Positions 10,601-24,900 of a DNA stretch of 64,000 nt are shown in pieces. Under the pieces are notes generated by a model. The model saw only the letters and a list, made by a program, of their open reading frames with translations. It searched no databases and was not told where the DNA came from. Made by a program: the position numbers and the translations under genes. Source of the stretch: Eledone cirrhosa (Eukaryota); contig OZ024742.1 in assembly GCA_964016885.1 (NCBI GenBank), positions 166,346,001 to 166,410,000 on the forward strand, in the 5' to 3' direction. Each line of letters begins with the position of its first letter. Positions within the stretch are counted from its first letter, which is position 1.

Positions 10601-13600
10601 AATTTTCAGCCGTCCAAGGGGAGATAATTTCCCGCCAGCCAAGGGAAGATAATATTTAAAAAAATCAGGCGGAGATAATTTGTAAAAAAAATCAGGGGGA
10701 GATAATTTGTAAAAAAATCAGGGGGAGATAATTTGTAAAAAAAATCAAGGGGAGATAATTTCCAGCCGTCCAAGGAGAGATAATTTTTAAAAAAAATCAG
10801 GCGGAGATAATTTGTAAAAAAAAATCAAGGGGAGATAATTTGTAAAAAAAAATCAAGGGGAGATAATTTGTAAAAAAAATCAAGGGGAGATAATTTCCAG
10901 CCGTCCAAGGGAAGATAATTTCCAGCACTCCAAGGGGCTATAATTTCCAGTGTCCAAGGGGAGATAATTTCCAGCCAGCGAAGGGGAGATAATTTTTTTA
11001 AAAAAATCAGGGGGAGATATGTAAAAAAAATCAGAGGGAGATAATTTCTAAAAAAAATCAAAGGGAGATAATTTCCAGCCGTCCAAAGAGAGATAATTTC
11101 TAGCCGTCCAAGGGGAGATAATTTCCAGCCAAGGGGAGATAATTTCCAGCCGTCCAAGGGGAGATAATTATTTAAAAAATCAGGTGGAGATAATTTGTAA
11201 AAAAAATCAGGGGGAGATAATTTGTAAAAACAAAATCAAGGGCAGATAATTTCCAGCTGTCCAAGGGGAGATAATTTCCAGCCGTGCAAGGGGAGATAAT
11301 TTCCAGCCGTCCAAGGGGAGATAATTTCCATCCTTCCAAGGGGAGATAATGTCCAGCCGTCCAAGGGGAGATAATTTCCCGCCAGCCAAGGGAAGATAAT
11401 TTTTAAAAAAATCAGGCGGAGATTGTAAAAAAAATCAGGGGGAGATAATTTGTAAAAAAAAAATCAGGGGGAGATAATTTGTAAAAAAAATCAGGGGTAG
11501 ATAATTTGTAAAAAAAAATCAGGGGGAGATAATTTGTAAAAAAAAATCAGGGGGAGATAATTTCTAAAAAAATCAAGGGGAGATAATATGCAGCCGTCCA
11601 AGGGGAGATAATTTTCAGCCGTCCAAGGAGAGGTAATTTCTAGCCGTCCAAGGGGAGATAATTTCCAGCCGTCCAAGGGGAGATAATTTCCAGCCGTCCA
11701 AGGGGAGATAGTTTTTTTAAAAAAATCAGGCGGAGATAATTTGTAAAAAAAAAATCAGGGGGAGATAATTTGTAAAAAAAAATCAGGGGGAGATAATTTG
11801 TAAAAAAAAATCAGGGGGAGATAATTTGTAAAAAAAATCAGGGGGAGATAATTAGTAAAAAAAATCAAGGGGAGATAATTTCCAGCCGTCCAAGGGGAGG
11901 TAATATCTAGCCGTCCAAGGGGAGATAATTTCCAGCCGTCCAAGGGGAGATAATTTCCAGCCGTCCAAGGGTAGATAATATCCAGCCGTCCAAGTAGACA
12001 TATTTTCCAGCCGTCCAAGGAGAGGTAATTTCTAGCCGTCCAAGGGGAGATAAATTCCAGCCTCCAAGGGGAGATAATTTCCAGCCAGCCAAGGGGAGAT
12101 AATTTGTAAAAAAATCAGGGGGAGATAATTTGTAAAAAAAATCAGGGGGAGATAATTTGTAAAAAAAAATCAGGGGGAGATAATTTGTAAAAAAAAATCA
12201 GGGGGAGATAATTTGTAAAAAAAATCAAGGGGAGATAATTTGTAAAAAAAAATCAGGGGGAGATAATTTGTAAAAAAAAATCAGGGGGAGATAATTTGTA
12301 AAAAAAAATCAGGGGGAGATAATTTGTAAAAAAAATCAAGGGGAGATAATTTCCAGCCGTCCAAGGAGAGATAATTTAAAAAAAAAATCAGGCGGAGATA
12401 ATTTGTAAAAAAAAATCAGGGGGAGATAATTTGTAAAAAAAAATCAGGGGGAGATAATTTGTAAAAAAAATCAAGGGGAGATAATTTCCAGCCGTCCAAG
12501 GGGAGATAATTTCCAGCCGTCCAAGGGGAGATAATTTTTTTAAAAAAATCAGGCGGAGATAATTTGTAAAAAAAATCAGGGGGAGATAATTTGTAAAAAA
12601 AAATCAGGGGGAGATAATTTGTAAAAAAAAATCAGGGGGAGATAATTTCCAGCCGTCCAAGGTAAGATAATTTCCAGCCCTCCAAGGGGCTATAATTTCC
12701 AGCCGTCCAAGGGTAGATAATATCCAGCCGTCCAAGTAGACATATTTTCCAGCCGTCCAAGGAGAGGTAATTTCTAGCCGTCCAAGGGGAGATAAATTCC
12801 AGCCTCCAAGGGGAGATAATTTCCAGCCAGCCAAGGGGAGATAATTTGTAAAAAAATCAGGGGGAGATAATTTGTAAAAAAAATCAGGGGGAGATAATTT
12901 GTAAAAAAAAATCAGGGGGAGATAATTTGTAAAAAAAAATCAGGGGGAGATAATTTGTAAAAAAAAATCAGGGGGAGATAATTTGTAAAAAAAATCAAGG
13001 GGAGATAATTTCCAGCCGTCCAAGGGGAGATAATTTTCAGCCGTCCAAGGGGAGATAATTTCCAGCCGTCCAAGGGGAGATAATTTCCATCCTTCCAAGG
13101 GGAGATAATTTCCAGCCGTCCAAGGGGAGATAATTTTCAGCCGTCCAAGGGGAGATAATTTCCCGCCAGCCAAGGGAAGATAATATTTTAAAAAATCAGG
13201 CGGAGATAATTTGTAAAAAAAATCAGGGGGAGATAATTTGTAAAAAAATCAGGGGGAGATAATTTGTAAAAAAAAAATCAGGGGGAGATAATTTGTAAAA
13301 AAAATCAGGGGGAGATAATTTGTAAAAAAAAATCAGGGGTAGATAATTTGTAAAAAAAAATCAGGGGGAGATAATTTGTAAAAAAAATCAGGGGGAGATA
13401 ATTTGTAAAAAAAATCAGGGGGAGATAATTTGTAAAAAAAAATCAGGGGGAGATAATTTGTAAAAAAAAATCAGGGGTAGATAATTTGTAAAAAAAAATC
13501 AGGGGGAGATAATTTGTAAAAAAAAATCAGGGGGAGATAATTTGTAAAAAAAATCAGGGGGAGATAATTTGTAAAAAAAAATCAGGGGGAGATAATTTCC

Positions 13601-13793
13601 GGCCGTCCAAGGGGAGATAATTTTCAGCCGTCCAAGGGGAGATAATTTCCCGCCAGCCAAGGGAAGATAATATTTAAAAAAATCAGGCGGAGATAATTTG
13701 TAAAAAAAATCAGGGGGAGATAATTTGTAAAAAAATCAGGGGGAGATAATTTGTAAAAAAAATCAAGGGGAGATAATTTCCAGCCGTCCAAGG
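7693..13793 (+). repeat. 3,018 bp tandem duplication (two copies plus a short overhang)
   Basis: ORF starts pair at a constant 3,018 offset: 7807/10825, 8189/11207, 8473/11491, 8737/11755, 8889/11907, 9586/12604, 9922/12940. The CGGCCG marker is at 10582/13600. One substitution was seen (TAATAGCT near 8888 vs TAATATCT). Confidence 0.92.
13198..13590 (+). repeat. Representative long run of type B monomers (26-29 bp, GGGGGAGATAATTTGT-A7..10-TCA)
   Basis: About 14 consecutive units that differ mainly in A-tract length. The GGGGTAG variant occurs at 13340 and 13478. Confidence 0.95.
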
Positions 13794-16639
13794 GGAGGTA
13801 ATATCTAGCCGTCCAAGGGGAGATAATTTCCAGCCGTCCAAGAGGAGATAATTTCCAGCCGTCCAAGGGTAGATAATATCCAGCCGTCCAAGGAGACATA
13901 TTTTCCAGCCGTCCAAGGAGAGGTAATTTCTAGCCGTCCAAGGGGAGATAAATTCCAGCCTCCAAGGGGAGATAATTTCCAGCCAGCCAAGGGGAGATAA
14001 TTTGTAAAAAAAATCAGGGGGAGATAATTTGTAAAAAAAATCAGGGGGAGATAATTTGTAAAAAAATCAGGGGGAGATAATTTGTAAAAAAAAAATCAGG
14101 GGGAGATAATTTGTAAAAAAAATCAGGGGGAGATGATTTGTAAAAAAAAATCAGGGGTAGATAATTTGTAAAAAAAAATCAGAGGGTGATAATTTGTAAA
14201 AAAAAATCAGGGGGAGATAATTTGTAAAAAAAATCAAGGGGAGATAATTTCCAGCCGTCGAAGGGAAGATAATTTCCAGCCCTCCAAGGGGCTATAATTT
14301 CCAGCGTCCAAGGGGAGATAATTTCCAGCCGTCCAAGGGGAGATAATTTCCAGCCGTCCAAGGGTAGATAATATCCAGCCGTCCAAGTAGACATTTTCCA
14401 GCCGTCCAAGGAGAGGTAATTTCTAGCCGTCCAAGGGGAGATAAATTCCAGCCTCCAAGGGGAGATAATTTCCAGCCAGCCAAGGGGAGATAATTTGTAA
14501 AAAAATCAGGGGGAGATAATTTGTAAAAAAAATCAGGGGGAGATAATTTGTAAAAAAAAATCAGGGGGAGATAATTTGTAAAAAAAATCAGGGGGAGATA
14601 ATTTGTAAAAAAAATCAGGGGGAGATAATTTGTAAAAAAATCAAGGGGAGATAATTTCCAGCCGTCCAAGGGGAGATAATTTTCAGCCGTCCAAGGGGAG
14701 ATAATTTCCAGCCGTCCAAGGGGAGATAATTTCCATCCTTCCAAGGGGAGATAATTTCCAGCCGTCCAAGGGGAGATAATTTTCAGCCGTCCAAGGGGAG
14801 ATAATTTCCCGCCAGCCAAGGGAAGATAATATTTTAAAAAATCAGGCGGAGATAATTTGTAAAAAAAATCAGGGGGAGATAATTTGTAAAAAAATCAGGG
14901 GGAGATAATTTGTAAAAAAAAAATCAGGGGGAGATAATTTGTAAAAAAAATCAGTGGGAGATAATTTGTAAAAAAAAATCAGGGGTAGATAATTTTTAAA
15001 AAAAAATCAGGGGGAGATAATTTGTAAAAAAAAAATCAGGGGGAGATAATTTGTAAAAAAAATCAAGGGGAGATAATTTCCAGCCGTCCAAGGAGAGATA
15101 ATTTTTAAAAAAAATCAGGCGGAGATAATTTGTAAAAAAAAATCAAGGGGAGATAATTTGTAAAAAAAATCAAGGGGAGATAATTTCCAGCCGTCCAAGG
15201 GAAGATAATTTCCAGCACTCCAAGGGGCTATAATTTCCAGTGTCCAAGGGGAGATAATTTCCAGCCAGCGAAGGGGAGATAATTTTTTTAAAAAAATCAG
15301 GGGGAGATATGTAAAAAAAATCAGAGGGAGATAATTTCTAAAAAAAATCAAAGGGAGATAATTTCCAGCCGTCCAAAGAGAGATAATTTCTAGCCGTCCA
15401 AGGGGAGATAATTTCCAGCCAAGGGGAGATAATTTCCAGCCGTCCAAGGGGAGATAATTATTTAAAAAATCAGGTGGAGATAATTTGTAAAAAAAATCAG
15501 GGGGAGATAATTTGTAAAAACAAAATCAAGGGCAGATAATTTCCAGCTGTCCAAGGGGAGATAATTTCCAGCCGTGCAAGGGGAGATAATTTCCAGCCGT
15601 CCAAGGGGAGATAATTTCCATCCTTCCAAGGGGAGATAATGTCCAGCCGTCCAAGGGGAGATAATTTCCCGCCAGCCAAGGTAAGATAATTTTTAAAAAA
15701 ATCAGGCGGAGATTGTAAAAAAAATCAGGGGGAGATAATTTGTAAAAAAAAAATCAGGGGGAGATAATTTGTAAAAAAAATCAGGGGTAGATAATTTGTA
15801 AAAAAAAATCAGGGGGAGATAATTTGTAAAAAAAAATCAGGGGGAGATAATTTCTAAAAAAATCAAGGGGAGATAATATGCAGCCGTCCAAGGGGAGATA
15901 ATTTTCAGCCGTCCAAGGAGAGGTAATTTCTAGCCGTCCAAGGGGAGATAATTTCCAGCCGTCCAAGGGGAGATAATTTCCAGCCGTCCAAGGGGAGATA
16001 GTTTTTTTAAAAAAATCAGGCGGAGATAATTTGTAAAAAAAAAATCAGGGGGAGATAATTTGTAAAAAAAAATCAGGGGGAGATAATTTGTAAAAAAAAA
16101 TCAGGGGGAGATAATTTGTAAAAAAAATCAGGGGGAGATAATTAGTAAAAAAAATCAAGGGGAGATAATTTCCAGCCGTCCAAGGGGAGGTAATATCTAG
16201 CCGTCCAAGGGGAGATAATTTCCAGCCGTCCAAGGGGAGATAATTTCCAGCCGTCCAAGGGTAGATAATATCCAGCCGTCCAAGTAGACATATTTTCCAG
16301 CCGTCCAAGGAGAGGTAATTTCTAGCCGTCCAAGGGGAGATAAATTCCAGCCTCCAAGGGGAGATAATTTCCAGCCAGCCAAGGGGAGATAATTTGTAAA
16401 AAAATCAGGGGGAGATAATTTGTAAAAAAAATCAGGGGGAGATAATTTGTAAAAAAAAATCAGGGGGAGATAATTTGTAAAAAAAAATCAGGGGGAGATA
16501 ATTTGTAAAAAAAATCAGGGGGAGATAATTTGTAAAAAAAAATCAGGGGGAGATAATTTGTAAAAAAAAATCAGGGGGAGATAATTTGTAAAAAAAAATC
16601 AGGGGGAGATAATTTGTAAAAAAAATCAGGGGGAGATAA

Positions 16640-19600
16640 TTTGTAAAAACAAATCAAGGGGAGATAATTTCCAGCCGTCCAAGGGGAGATAATTTTCAGC
16701 CGCCCAAGGGGAGATAATTTCCCGCCAGCCAAGGGAAGATAATATTTAAAAAATCAGGCGGAGATAATTTGTAAAAAAAATCAGGGGGAGATAATTTGTA
16801 AAAAAATCAGGGGGAGATAATTTGTAAAAAAAAAATCAGGGGGAGATAATTTGTAAAAAAAATCAGGGGGAGATGATTTGTAAAAAAAATCAGGGGTAGA
16901 TAATTTGTAAAAAAAAATCAGGGGGAGATAATTTGTAAAAAAAAATCAGGGGGAGATAATTTGTAAAAAAAATCAAGAGGAGATAATTTCCAGCCGTCCA
17001 AGGGGAGATAATTTTCAGCCGTCCAAGGGGAGATAATTTCCAGCCGTCCAAGGGGAGATAATTTCCATCCTTCCAAGGGGAGATAATTTCCAGCCGTCCA
17101 AGGGGAGATAATTTCCCGCCAACCAAGGGAAGATAATTTTTAAAAAAATCAGGCGGAGATTGTAAAAAAAATCAGGGGGAGATAATTTGTAAAAAAATCA
17201 GGGGGAGATAATTTGTAAAAAAAAAATCAGGGGGAGATAATTTGTAAAAGAAATCAGGGGGAGATAATTTGTAAAAAAAAATCAAGGGGAGATAATTTGT
17301 ACAAAAAATCAGGGGTATATAATTTGTAAAAAAAAATCAGGGGGAGATAATTTGTAAAAAAAAATCAGGGGGAGATAATTTGTAAAAAAAATCAAGGGGA
17401 GATAATTTGCAGCCGTCCAAGGGGAGATAATTTTCAGCCGTCCAAGGAGAGGTAATTTCTAGCCGTCCAAGGTGAGATAATATCCAGCCGTCCAAGGGGA
17501 GATAATTTCCAGCCGTCCAAGGGGAGATAATTTAAAAAAAAAAACAGGCGAAGATAATTTGTAAAAAAAAAATCAGGGGGAGATAATTTGTAAAAAAAAA
17601 TCAGGGGGAGATAATTTGTAAAAAAAATCAGGGGGAGGTAATTTGTAAAAAAAATCAAGGGGAGATAATTTCCAGCCGTCCAAGGGAAGATAATTTCCAG
17701 CCCTCCAAGGGGCTATAATTTCCAGCGTCCAAGGGGAGATAATTTCCAGCCAGCGAAGGGGAGATAATTTTTTTTTTTTTAAATCAGGGGGACATAATTT
17801 GTAAAAAAAATCAAGGGGAGATAATTTGTAAAAAAAAATCAGGGGGAGATAATTTGTAAAAAAAAATCAGGGGGAGATAATTTGTAAAAAAAATTAAGGG
17901 GAGATAATTTGTAAAAAAAAATCAAGGGGAGATAATTTCCAGCCGTCCAAGGAGAGGTAATTTCTAGACGTCCAAGGGGAGATAATTTCCAGCCGTCCAA
18001 GGGGAGATAATTTCCAGCCGTCCAAGGGTAGATAATATCCAGCCGTCCAAGGAGACATATTTTCCAGCTTTCCAAGGAGAGGTAATTTCTAGCCGTCCAA
18101 GGGGAGATAAATTCCAGCCTCCAAGGGGAGATAATTTCCAGCCAGCCAAGGGGAGATAATTTGTAAAAAAAATCAGGGGGAGATAATTTGTAAAAAAAAT
18201 CAGGGGGAGATAATTTGTAAAAAAAATCAGGGGGAGATAATTTCCAGCCGTCCAAGGGGAGATAATTTTCAGCCGTCCAAGGGGAGATAATTTCCCGCCA
18301 GCCAAGGGAAGATAATATTTAAAAAATGAGGCGGAGATAATTTGTAAAAAAAATCAGGGGGAGATAATTTGTAAAAAAATCAGGGGGAGATAATTTGTAA
18401 AAAAAAAATCAGGGGGAGATAATTTGTAAAAAAAATCAGGGGGAGATAATTTGTAAAAAAAAATCAGGGGTAGATAATTTGTAAAAAAAAATCAGGGGGA
18501 GATAATTTGTAAAAAAAATCAGGGGGAGATAATTTATAAAAAAAATCAAGGGGAGATAATTTCCAGCCGTCCAAGGGAAGATAATTTCAAGCCCTCCAAG
18601 GGGCTATAATTTCCAGTGTCCAAGGGGAGATAATTTCCAGCCAGCGAAGGGGAGATAATTTTTTTTTAAAAATCAGGGGGAGATTTGTAAAAAAAATCAG
18701 GGGGAGATAATTTGTCAAAAAAATCAAAGGGAGATAATTTCCAGCCGTCCAAAGAGATAATTTCTAGCCGTCCAAGGGGAGATAATTTCGAGCCAAGGGG
18801 AGATAATTTCCAGCCGTCCAAGGGGAGATAATTTTTTAAAAAATCAGGTGGAGATAATTTGTAAAAAAAATCAGGGGGAGATAATTTGTAAAAACAAAAT
18901 CAAGGGGAGATAATTTCCAGCTGTCCAAGGGGAGATAATTTCCAGCCGTGCAAGGGGAGATAATTTCCAGCCGTCCAAGGGGAGATAATTTCCATCCTTC
19001 CAAGGGGAGATAATTTCCAGCCGTCCAAGGGGAGATAATTTCCCGCCAGCCAAGGGAAGATAATTTTTTAAAAAATCAGGCGGAGATTGTAAAAAAAATC
19101 AGGGGGAGATAATTTGTAAAAAAATCAGGGGGAGATAATTTGTAAAAAAATCAAGGGGAGATAATTTCCAGCTGTCCAAGGGGAGGTAATATCTAGCCGT
19201 CCAAGGGGAGATAATTTCCAGCCGTCCAAGGGGAGATAATTTCCAGCCGTCCAAGGGTAGATAATATCCAGCCGTCCAAGGAGACATATTTTCCAGCCGT
19301 CCAAGGAGAGGTAATTTCTAGCCGTCCAAGTGGAGATAAATTCCAGCCTCCAAGGGGAGATAATTTCCAGCCAGCCAAGGGGAGATAATTTGTAAAAAAA
19401 TCAGGGGGAGATAATTTGTAAAAAAAATCAGGGGGAGATAATTTGTAAAAAAAAATCAGGGGGAGATAATTTGTAAAAAAAATCAGGGGGAGATAATTTG
19501 TAAAAAAAATCAAGGGGAGATAATTTCCAGCCGTCCAAGGGGAGATAATTTTCAGCCGTCCAAGGGGAGATAATTTCCCGCCAGCCAAGGGAAGATAATA

Positions 19601-22600
19601 TTTAAAAAATGAGGCGGAGATAATTTGTAAAAAAAAATCAGGGGTAGATAATTTGTAAAAAAAATCAGGGGGAGATAATTTGTAAAAAAAATCAAGGGGA
19701 GATAATTTCCAGCCGTCCAAGGAGAGATAATTTTTAAAAAAAATCAGGCGGAGATAATTTGTAAAAAAAAAATCAGGGGGAGATAATTTGTAAAAAAAAA
19801 TCAGGGGGAGATAATTTGTAAAAAAAATCAAGGGGAGATAATTTCCAGCCGTCCAAGGGGAGATAATTTTCAGCCGTCCAAGGGGAGATAATTTCCAGCC
19901 GTCCAAGGGGAGATAATTTAAAAAAAAAATCAGGCGGAGATAATTTGTAAAAAAAATCAAGGGGAGATAATTTGCAACCGTCCAAGGGGACATAATTTTC
20001 AGTCGTCCAAGGAGAGGTAATTTCTAGCCGTACAAGGGGAGATAATTTCCAGCCGTCCAAGGGGAGATAATTTCCAGCCGTCCAAGGGGAGATAATTTTT
20101 TTTTAAAAATCAGGCGGAGATAATTTGTAAAAAAAAAATCAGGGGGAGATAATTTGTAAAAAAAAATCAGGGGGAGATAATTTGTAAAAAAAAATCAGGG
20201 GGAGATAATTTCTAAAAAAATCAAGGGGAGATAATATGCAGCCGTCCAAGGGGAGATAATTTTCAGCCGTCCAAGGAGAGGTAATTTCTAGCCGTCCAAG
20301 GGGAGATAATTTCCAGCCGTCCAAGGGGAGATAATTTCCAGCCGTCCAAGGGGAGATAGTTTTTTTAAAAAAATCAGGCGGAGATAATTTGTAAAAAAAA
20401 AATCAGGGGGAGATAATTTGTAAAAAAAAATCAGGGGGAGATAATTTGTAAAAAAAAATCAGGGGGAGATAATTTGTAAAAAAAATCAGGGGGAGATAAT
20501 TAGTAAAAAAAATCAAGGGGAGATAATTTCCAGCCGTCCAAGGGGAGGTAATATCTAGCCGTCCAAGGGGAGATAATTTCCAGCCGTCCAAGGGGAGATA
20601 ATTTCCAGCCGTCCAAGGGTAGATAATATCCAGCCGTCCAAGTAGACATATTTTCCAGCCGTCCAAGGAGAGGTAATTTCTAGCCGTCCAAGGGGAGATA
20701 AATTCCAGCCTCCAAGGGGAGATAATTTCCAGCCAGCCAAGGGGAGATAATTTGTAAAAAAATCAGGGGGAGATAATTTGTAAAAAAAATCAGGGGGAGA
20801 TAATTTGTAAAAAAAAATCAGGGGGAGATAATTTGTAAAAAAAAAATCAGGGGGAGATAATTTGTAAAAAAAATCAGGGGGAGATAATTTGTAAAAACAA
20901 ATCAAGGGGAGATAATTTCCAGCCGTCCAAGGGGAGATAATTTTCAGCCGCCCAAGGGGAGATAATTTCCCGCCAGCCAAGGGAAGATAATATTTAAAAA
21001 ATCAGGCGGAGATAATTTGTAAAAAAAATCAGGGGGAGATAATTTGTAAAAAAATCAGGGGGAGATAATTTGTAAAAAAAAAATCAGGGGGAGATAATTT
21101 GTAAAAAAAATCAGGGGGAGATGATTTGTAAAAAAAATCAGGGGTAGATAATTTGTAAAAAAAAATCAGGGGGAGATAATTTGTAAAAAAAAATCAGGGG
21201 GAGATAATTTGTAAAAAAAATCAAGAGGAGATAATTTCCAGCCGTCCAAGGGGAGATAATTTTCAGCCGTCCAAGGGGAGATAATTTCCAGCCGTCCAAG
21301 GGGAGATAATTTCCATCCTTCCAAGGGGAGATAATTTCCAGCCGTCCAAGGGGAGATAATTTCCCGCCAACCAAGGGAAGATAATTTTTAAAAAAATCAG
21401 GCGGAGATTGTAAAAAAAATCAGGGGGAGATAATTTGTAAAAAAATCAGGGGGAGATAATTTGTAAAAAAAAAATCAGGGGGAGATAATTTGTAAAAAAA
21501 ATCAGGGGGAGATAATTTGTAAAAAAAAATCAAGGGGAGATAATTTGTACAAAAAATCAGGGGTATATAATTTGTAAAAAAAAATCAGGGGGAGATAATT
21601 TGTAAAAAAAAATCAGGGGGAGATAATTTGTAAAAAAAATCAAGGGGAGATAATTTGCAGCCGTCCAAGGGGAGATAATTTTCAGCCGTCCAAGGAGAGG
21701 TAATTTCTAGCCGTCCAAGGTGAGATAATATCCAGCCGTCCAAGGGGAGATAATTTCCAGCCGTCCAAGGGGAGATAATTTTAAAAAAAAAACAGGCGAA
21801 GATAATTTGTAAAAAAAAAATCAGGGGGAGATAATTTGTAAAAAAAAATCAGGGGGAGATAATTTGTAAAAAAAATCAGGGGGAGGTAATTTGTAAAAAA
21901 TATCAAGGGGAGATAATTTCCAGCCGTCCAAGGGAAGATAATTTCCAGCCCTCCAAGGGGCTATAATTTCCAGCGTCCAAGGGGAGATAATTTCCAGCCA
22001 GCGAAGGGGAGATAATTTTTTTTTTTTTAAATCAGGGGGACATAATTTGTAAAAAAAAATCAGGGGGAGATAATTTGTAAAAAAAATCAAGGGGAGATAA
22101 TTTGTAAAAAAAAATCAGGGGGAGATAATTTGTAAAAAAAAATCAGGGGGAGATAATTTGTAAAAAAAATTAAGGGGAGATAATTTGTAAAAAAAAATCA
22201 AGGGGAGATAATTTCCAGCCGTCCAAGGAGAGGTAATTTCTAGACGTCCAAGGGGAGATAATTTCCAGCCGTCCAAGGGGAGATAATTTCCAGCCGTCCA
22301 AGGGTAGATAATATCCAGCCGTCCAAGGAGACATATTTTCCAGCTTTCCAAGGAGAGGTAATTTCTAGCCGTCCAAGGGGAGATAAATTCCAGCCTCCAA
22401 GGGGAGATAATTTCCAGCCAGCCAAGGGGAGATAATTTGTAAAAAAAATCAGGGGGAGATAATTTGTAAAAAAAATCAGGGGGAGATAATTTGTAAAAAA
22501 AATCAGGGGGAGATAATTTCCAGCCGTCCAAGGGGAGATAATTTTCAGCCGTCCAAGGGGAGATAATTTCCCGCCAGCCAAGGGAAGATAATATTTAAAA

Positions 22601-24900
22601 AATGAGGCGGAGATAATTTGTAAAATAAATCAGGGGGAGATAATTTGTAAAAAAATCAGGGGGAGATAATTTGTAAAAAAAAAATCAGGGGGAGATAATT
22701 TGTAAAAAAAATCAGGGGGAGATAATTTGTAAAAAAAATCAGGGGTAGATAATTTTTAAAAAAAAATCAGGGGGAGATAATTTGTAAAAAAAATCAGGGG
22801 GAGATAATTTATAAAAAAAATCAAGGGGAGATAATTTCCAGCCGTCCAAGGGAAGATAATTTCAAGCCCTCCAAGGGGCTATAATTTCCAGTGTCCAAGG
22901 GGAGATAATTTCCAGCCAGCGAAGGGGAGATAATTTTTTTTTAAAAATCAGGGGGAGATTTGTAAAAAAAATCAGGGGGAGATAATTTGTAAAAAAAATC
23001 AAAGGGAGATAATTTCCAGCCGTCCAAAGAGATAATTTCTAGCCGTCCAAGGGGAGATAATTTCGAGCCAAGGGGAGATAATTTCCAGCCGTCCAAGGGG
23101 AGATAATTTTTTAAAAAATCAGGTGGAGATAATTTGTAAAAAAAATCAGGGGGAGATAATTTGTAAAAACAAAATCAAGGGCAGATAATTTCCAGCTGTC
23201 CAAGGGGAGATAATTTCCAGCCGTGCAAGGGGAGATAATTTCCAGCCGTCCAAGGGGAGATAATTTCCATCCTTCCAAGGGGAGATAATTTCCAGCCGTC
23301 CAAGGGGAGATAATTTCCCGCCAGCCAAGGGAAGATAATTTTTTAAAAAATCAGGCGGAGATTGTAAAAAAAATCAGGGGGAGATAATTTGTAAAAAAAT
23401 CAGGGGGAGATAATTTGTAAAAAAATCAAGGGGAGATAATTTCCAGCTGTCCAAGGGGAGGTAATATCTAGCCGTCCAAGGGGAGATAATTTCCAGCCGT
23501 CCAAGGGGAGATAATTTCCAGCCGTCCAAGGGTAGATAATATCCAGCCGTCCAAGGAGACATATTTTCCAGCCGTCCAAGGAGAGGTAATTTCTAGCCGT
23601 CCAAGTGGAGATAAATTCCAGCCTCCAAGGGGAGATAATTTCCAGCCAGCCAAGGGGAGATAATTTGTAAAAAAATCAGGGGGAGATAATTTGTAAAAAA
23701 AATCAGGGGGAGATAATTTGTAAAAAAAAATCAGGGGGAGATAATTTGTAAAAAAAATCAGGGGGAGATAATTTGTAAAAAAAATCAAGGGGAGATAATT
23801 TCCAGCCGTCCAAGGGGAGATAATTTTCAGCCGTCCAAGGGGAGATAATTTCCCGCCAGCCAAGGGAAGATAATATTTAAAAAATGAGGCGGAGATAATT
23901 TGTAAAAAAAAATCAGGGGTAGATAATTTGTAAAAAAAATCAGGGGGAGATAATTTGTAAAAAAAATCAAGGGGAGATAATTTCCAGCCGTCCAAGGAGA
24001 GATAATTTTAAAAAAAAATCAGGCGGAGATAATTTGTAAAAAAAAAATCAGGGGGAGATAATTTGTAAAAAAAAATCAGGGGGAGATAATTTGTAAAAAA
24101 AATCAAGGGGAGATAATTTCCAGCCGTCCAAGGGGAGATAATTTTCAGCCGTCCAAGGGGAGATAATTTCCAGCCGTCCAAGGGGAGATAATTTAAAAAA
24201 AAAATCAGGCGGATATAATTTGTAAAAAAAATCAAGGGGAGATAATTTGCAACCGTCCAAGGGGACATAATTTTCAGTCGTCCAAGGAGAGGTAATTTCT
24301 AGCCGTACAAGGGGAGATAATTTCCAGCCGTCCAAGGGGAGATAATTTCCAGCCGTCCAAGGGGAGATAATTTTTTTTTAAAAATCAGGCGGAGATAATT
24401 TGTAAAAAAAAAATCAGGGGGAGATAATTTGTAAAAAAAAATCAGGGGGAGATAATTTGTAAAAAAAAATCAGGGGGAGATAATTTGTAAAAAAAATCAA
24501 GGGGAGATAATTTCCAGCCGTCCAAGGGAAGATAATTTCCAGCCCTCCAAGGGGCTATAATTTCCAGCGTCCAAGGGGAGATAATTTCCAGCCAGCGAAG
24601 GGGAGATAATTGTTTTAAAAAAATCATTGGGAGATTTGTAAAAAAAATCAGGGGGAGATAATTAATAAAAAAAATCAAGGGGAGATAATTTCCAGCCGTC
24701 CAAGGGGAGGTAATATCTAGCCGTCCAAGGGGAGATAATTTCCAGCCGTCCAAGGGGAGATAATTTCCAGCCGTCCAAGGGTAGATAATATCCAGCCGTC
24801 CAAGGAGACATATTTTCCAGCCGTCCAAGGAGAGGTAATTTCTAGCCGTCCAAGGGGAGATAAATTCCAGCCTCCAAGGGGAGATAATTTCCAGCCAGCC
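16640..24900 (+). repeat. Two beta-family higher-order repeat units (~4.25-4.28 kb), separated by a short alpha-type segment at ~20.1-20.8 kb
   Basis: Diagnostic variants: CCGCCCAAGG, CCGCCAACC, GTACAAAAAATCAGGGGTATAT, AAACAGGCGAAG, a long T-tract, TCTAGACGTCC, CAGCTTTCC, AATGAGGCGG, TTCGAGCCAAG, GCAACCGTCC. ORF offsets are 4248 (16890/21138), 4276 (17839/22115) and 4275 (18871/23146). Confidence 0.85.

Larger units (their letters stand above)
1130..16640 (+). repeat. Block of alpha-family higher-order repeats (~3.9-4.0 kb unit, with rearranged copies)
   Basis: Diagnostic variants recur in a fixed order: CCGGCCGTCC, GTCGAAGGGAAG, CAGCACTCC, AATGTCCAGC, AATATGCAGCC, GATAGTTTTTT, AATTAGT. ORF offsets are 3909 (1857/5766, 2403/6312) and 3968 (3839/7807, 4221/8189). 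Confidence 0.85.

Noticed and set aside
13198-13590. Kinetoplast-type intrinsically bent DNA from phased A-tracts
   Set aside because: The tracts are 26-29 bp apart (about 2.5-2.8 helical turns), so they are not in phase with the 10.5 bp repeat and bends would largely cancel.
17760-17790. Long T-tracts and A-tracts as intrinsic terminators or retroposon poly(A) tails
   Set aside because: They are variants of the junction monomer repeated in each HOR. There is no strong upstream stem, target-site duplication or element body.
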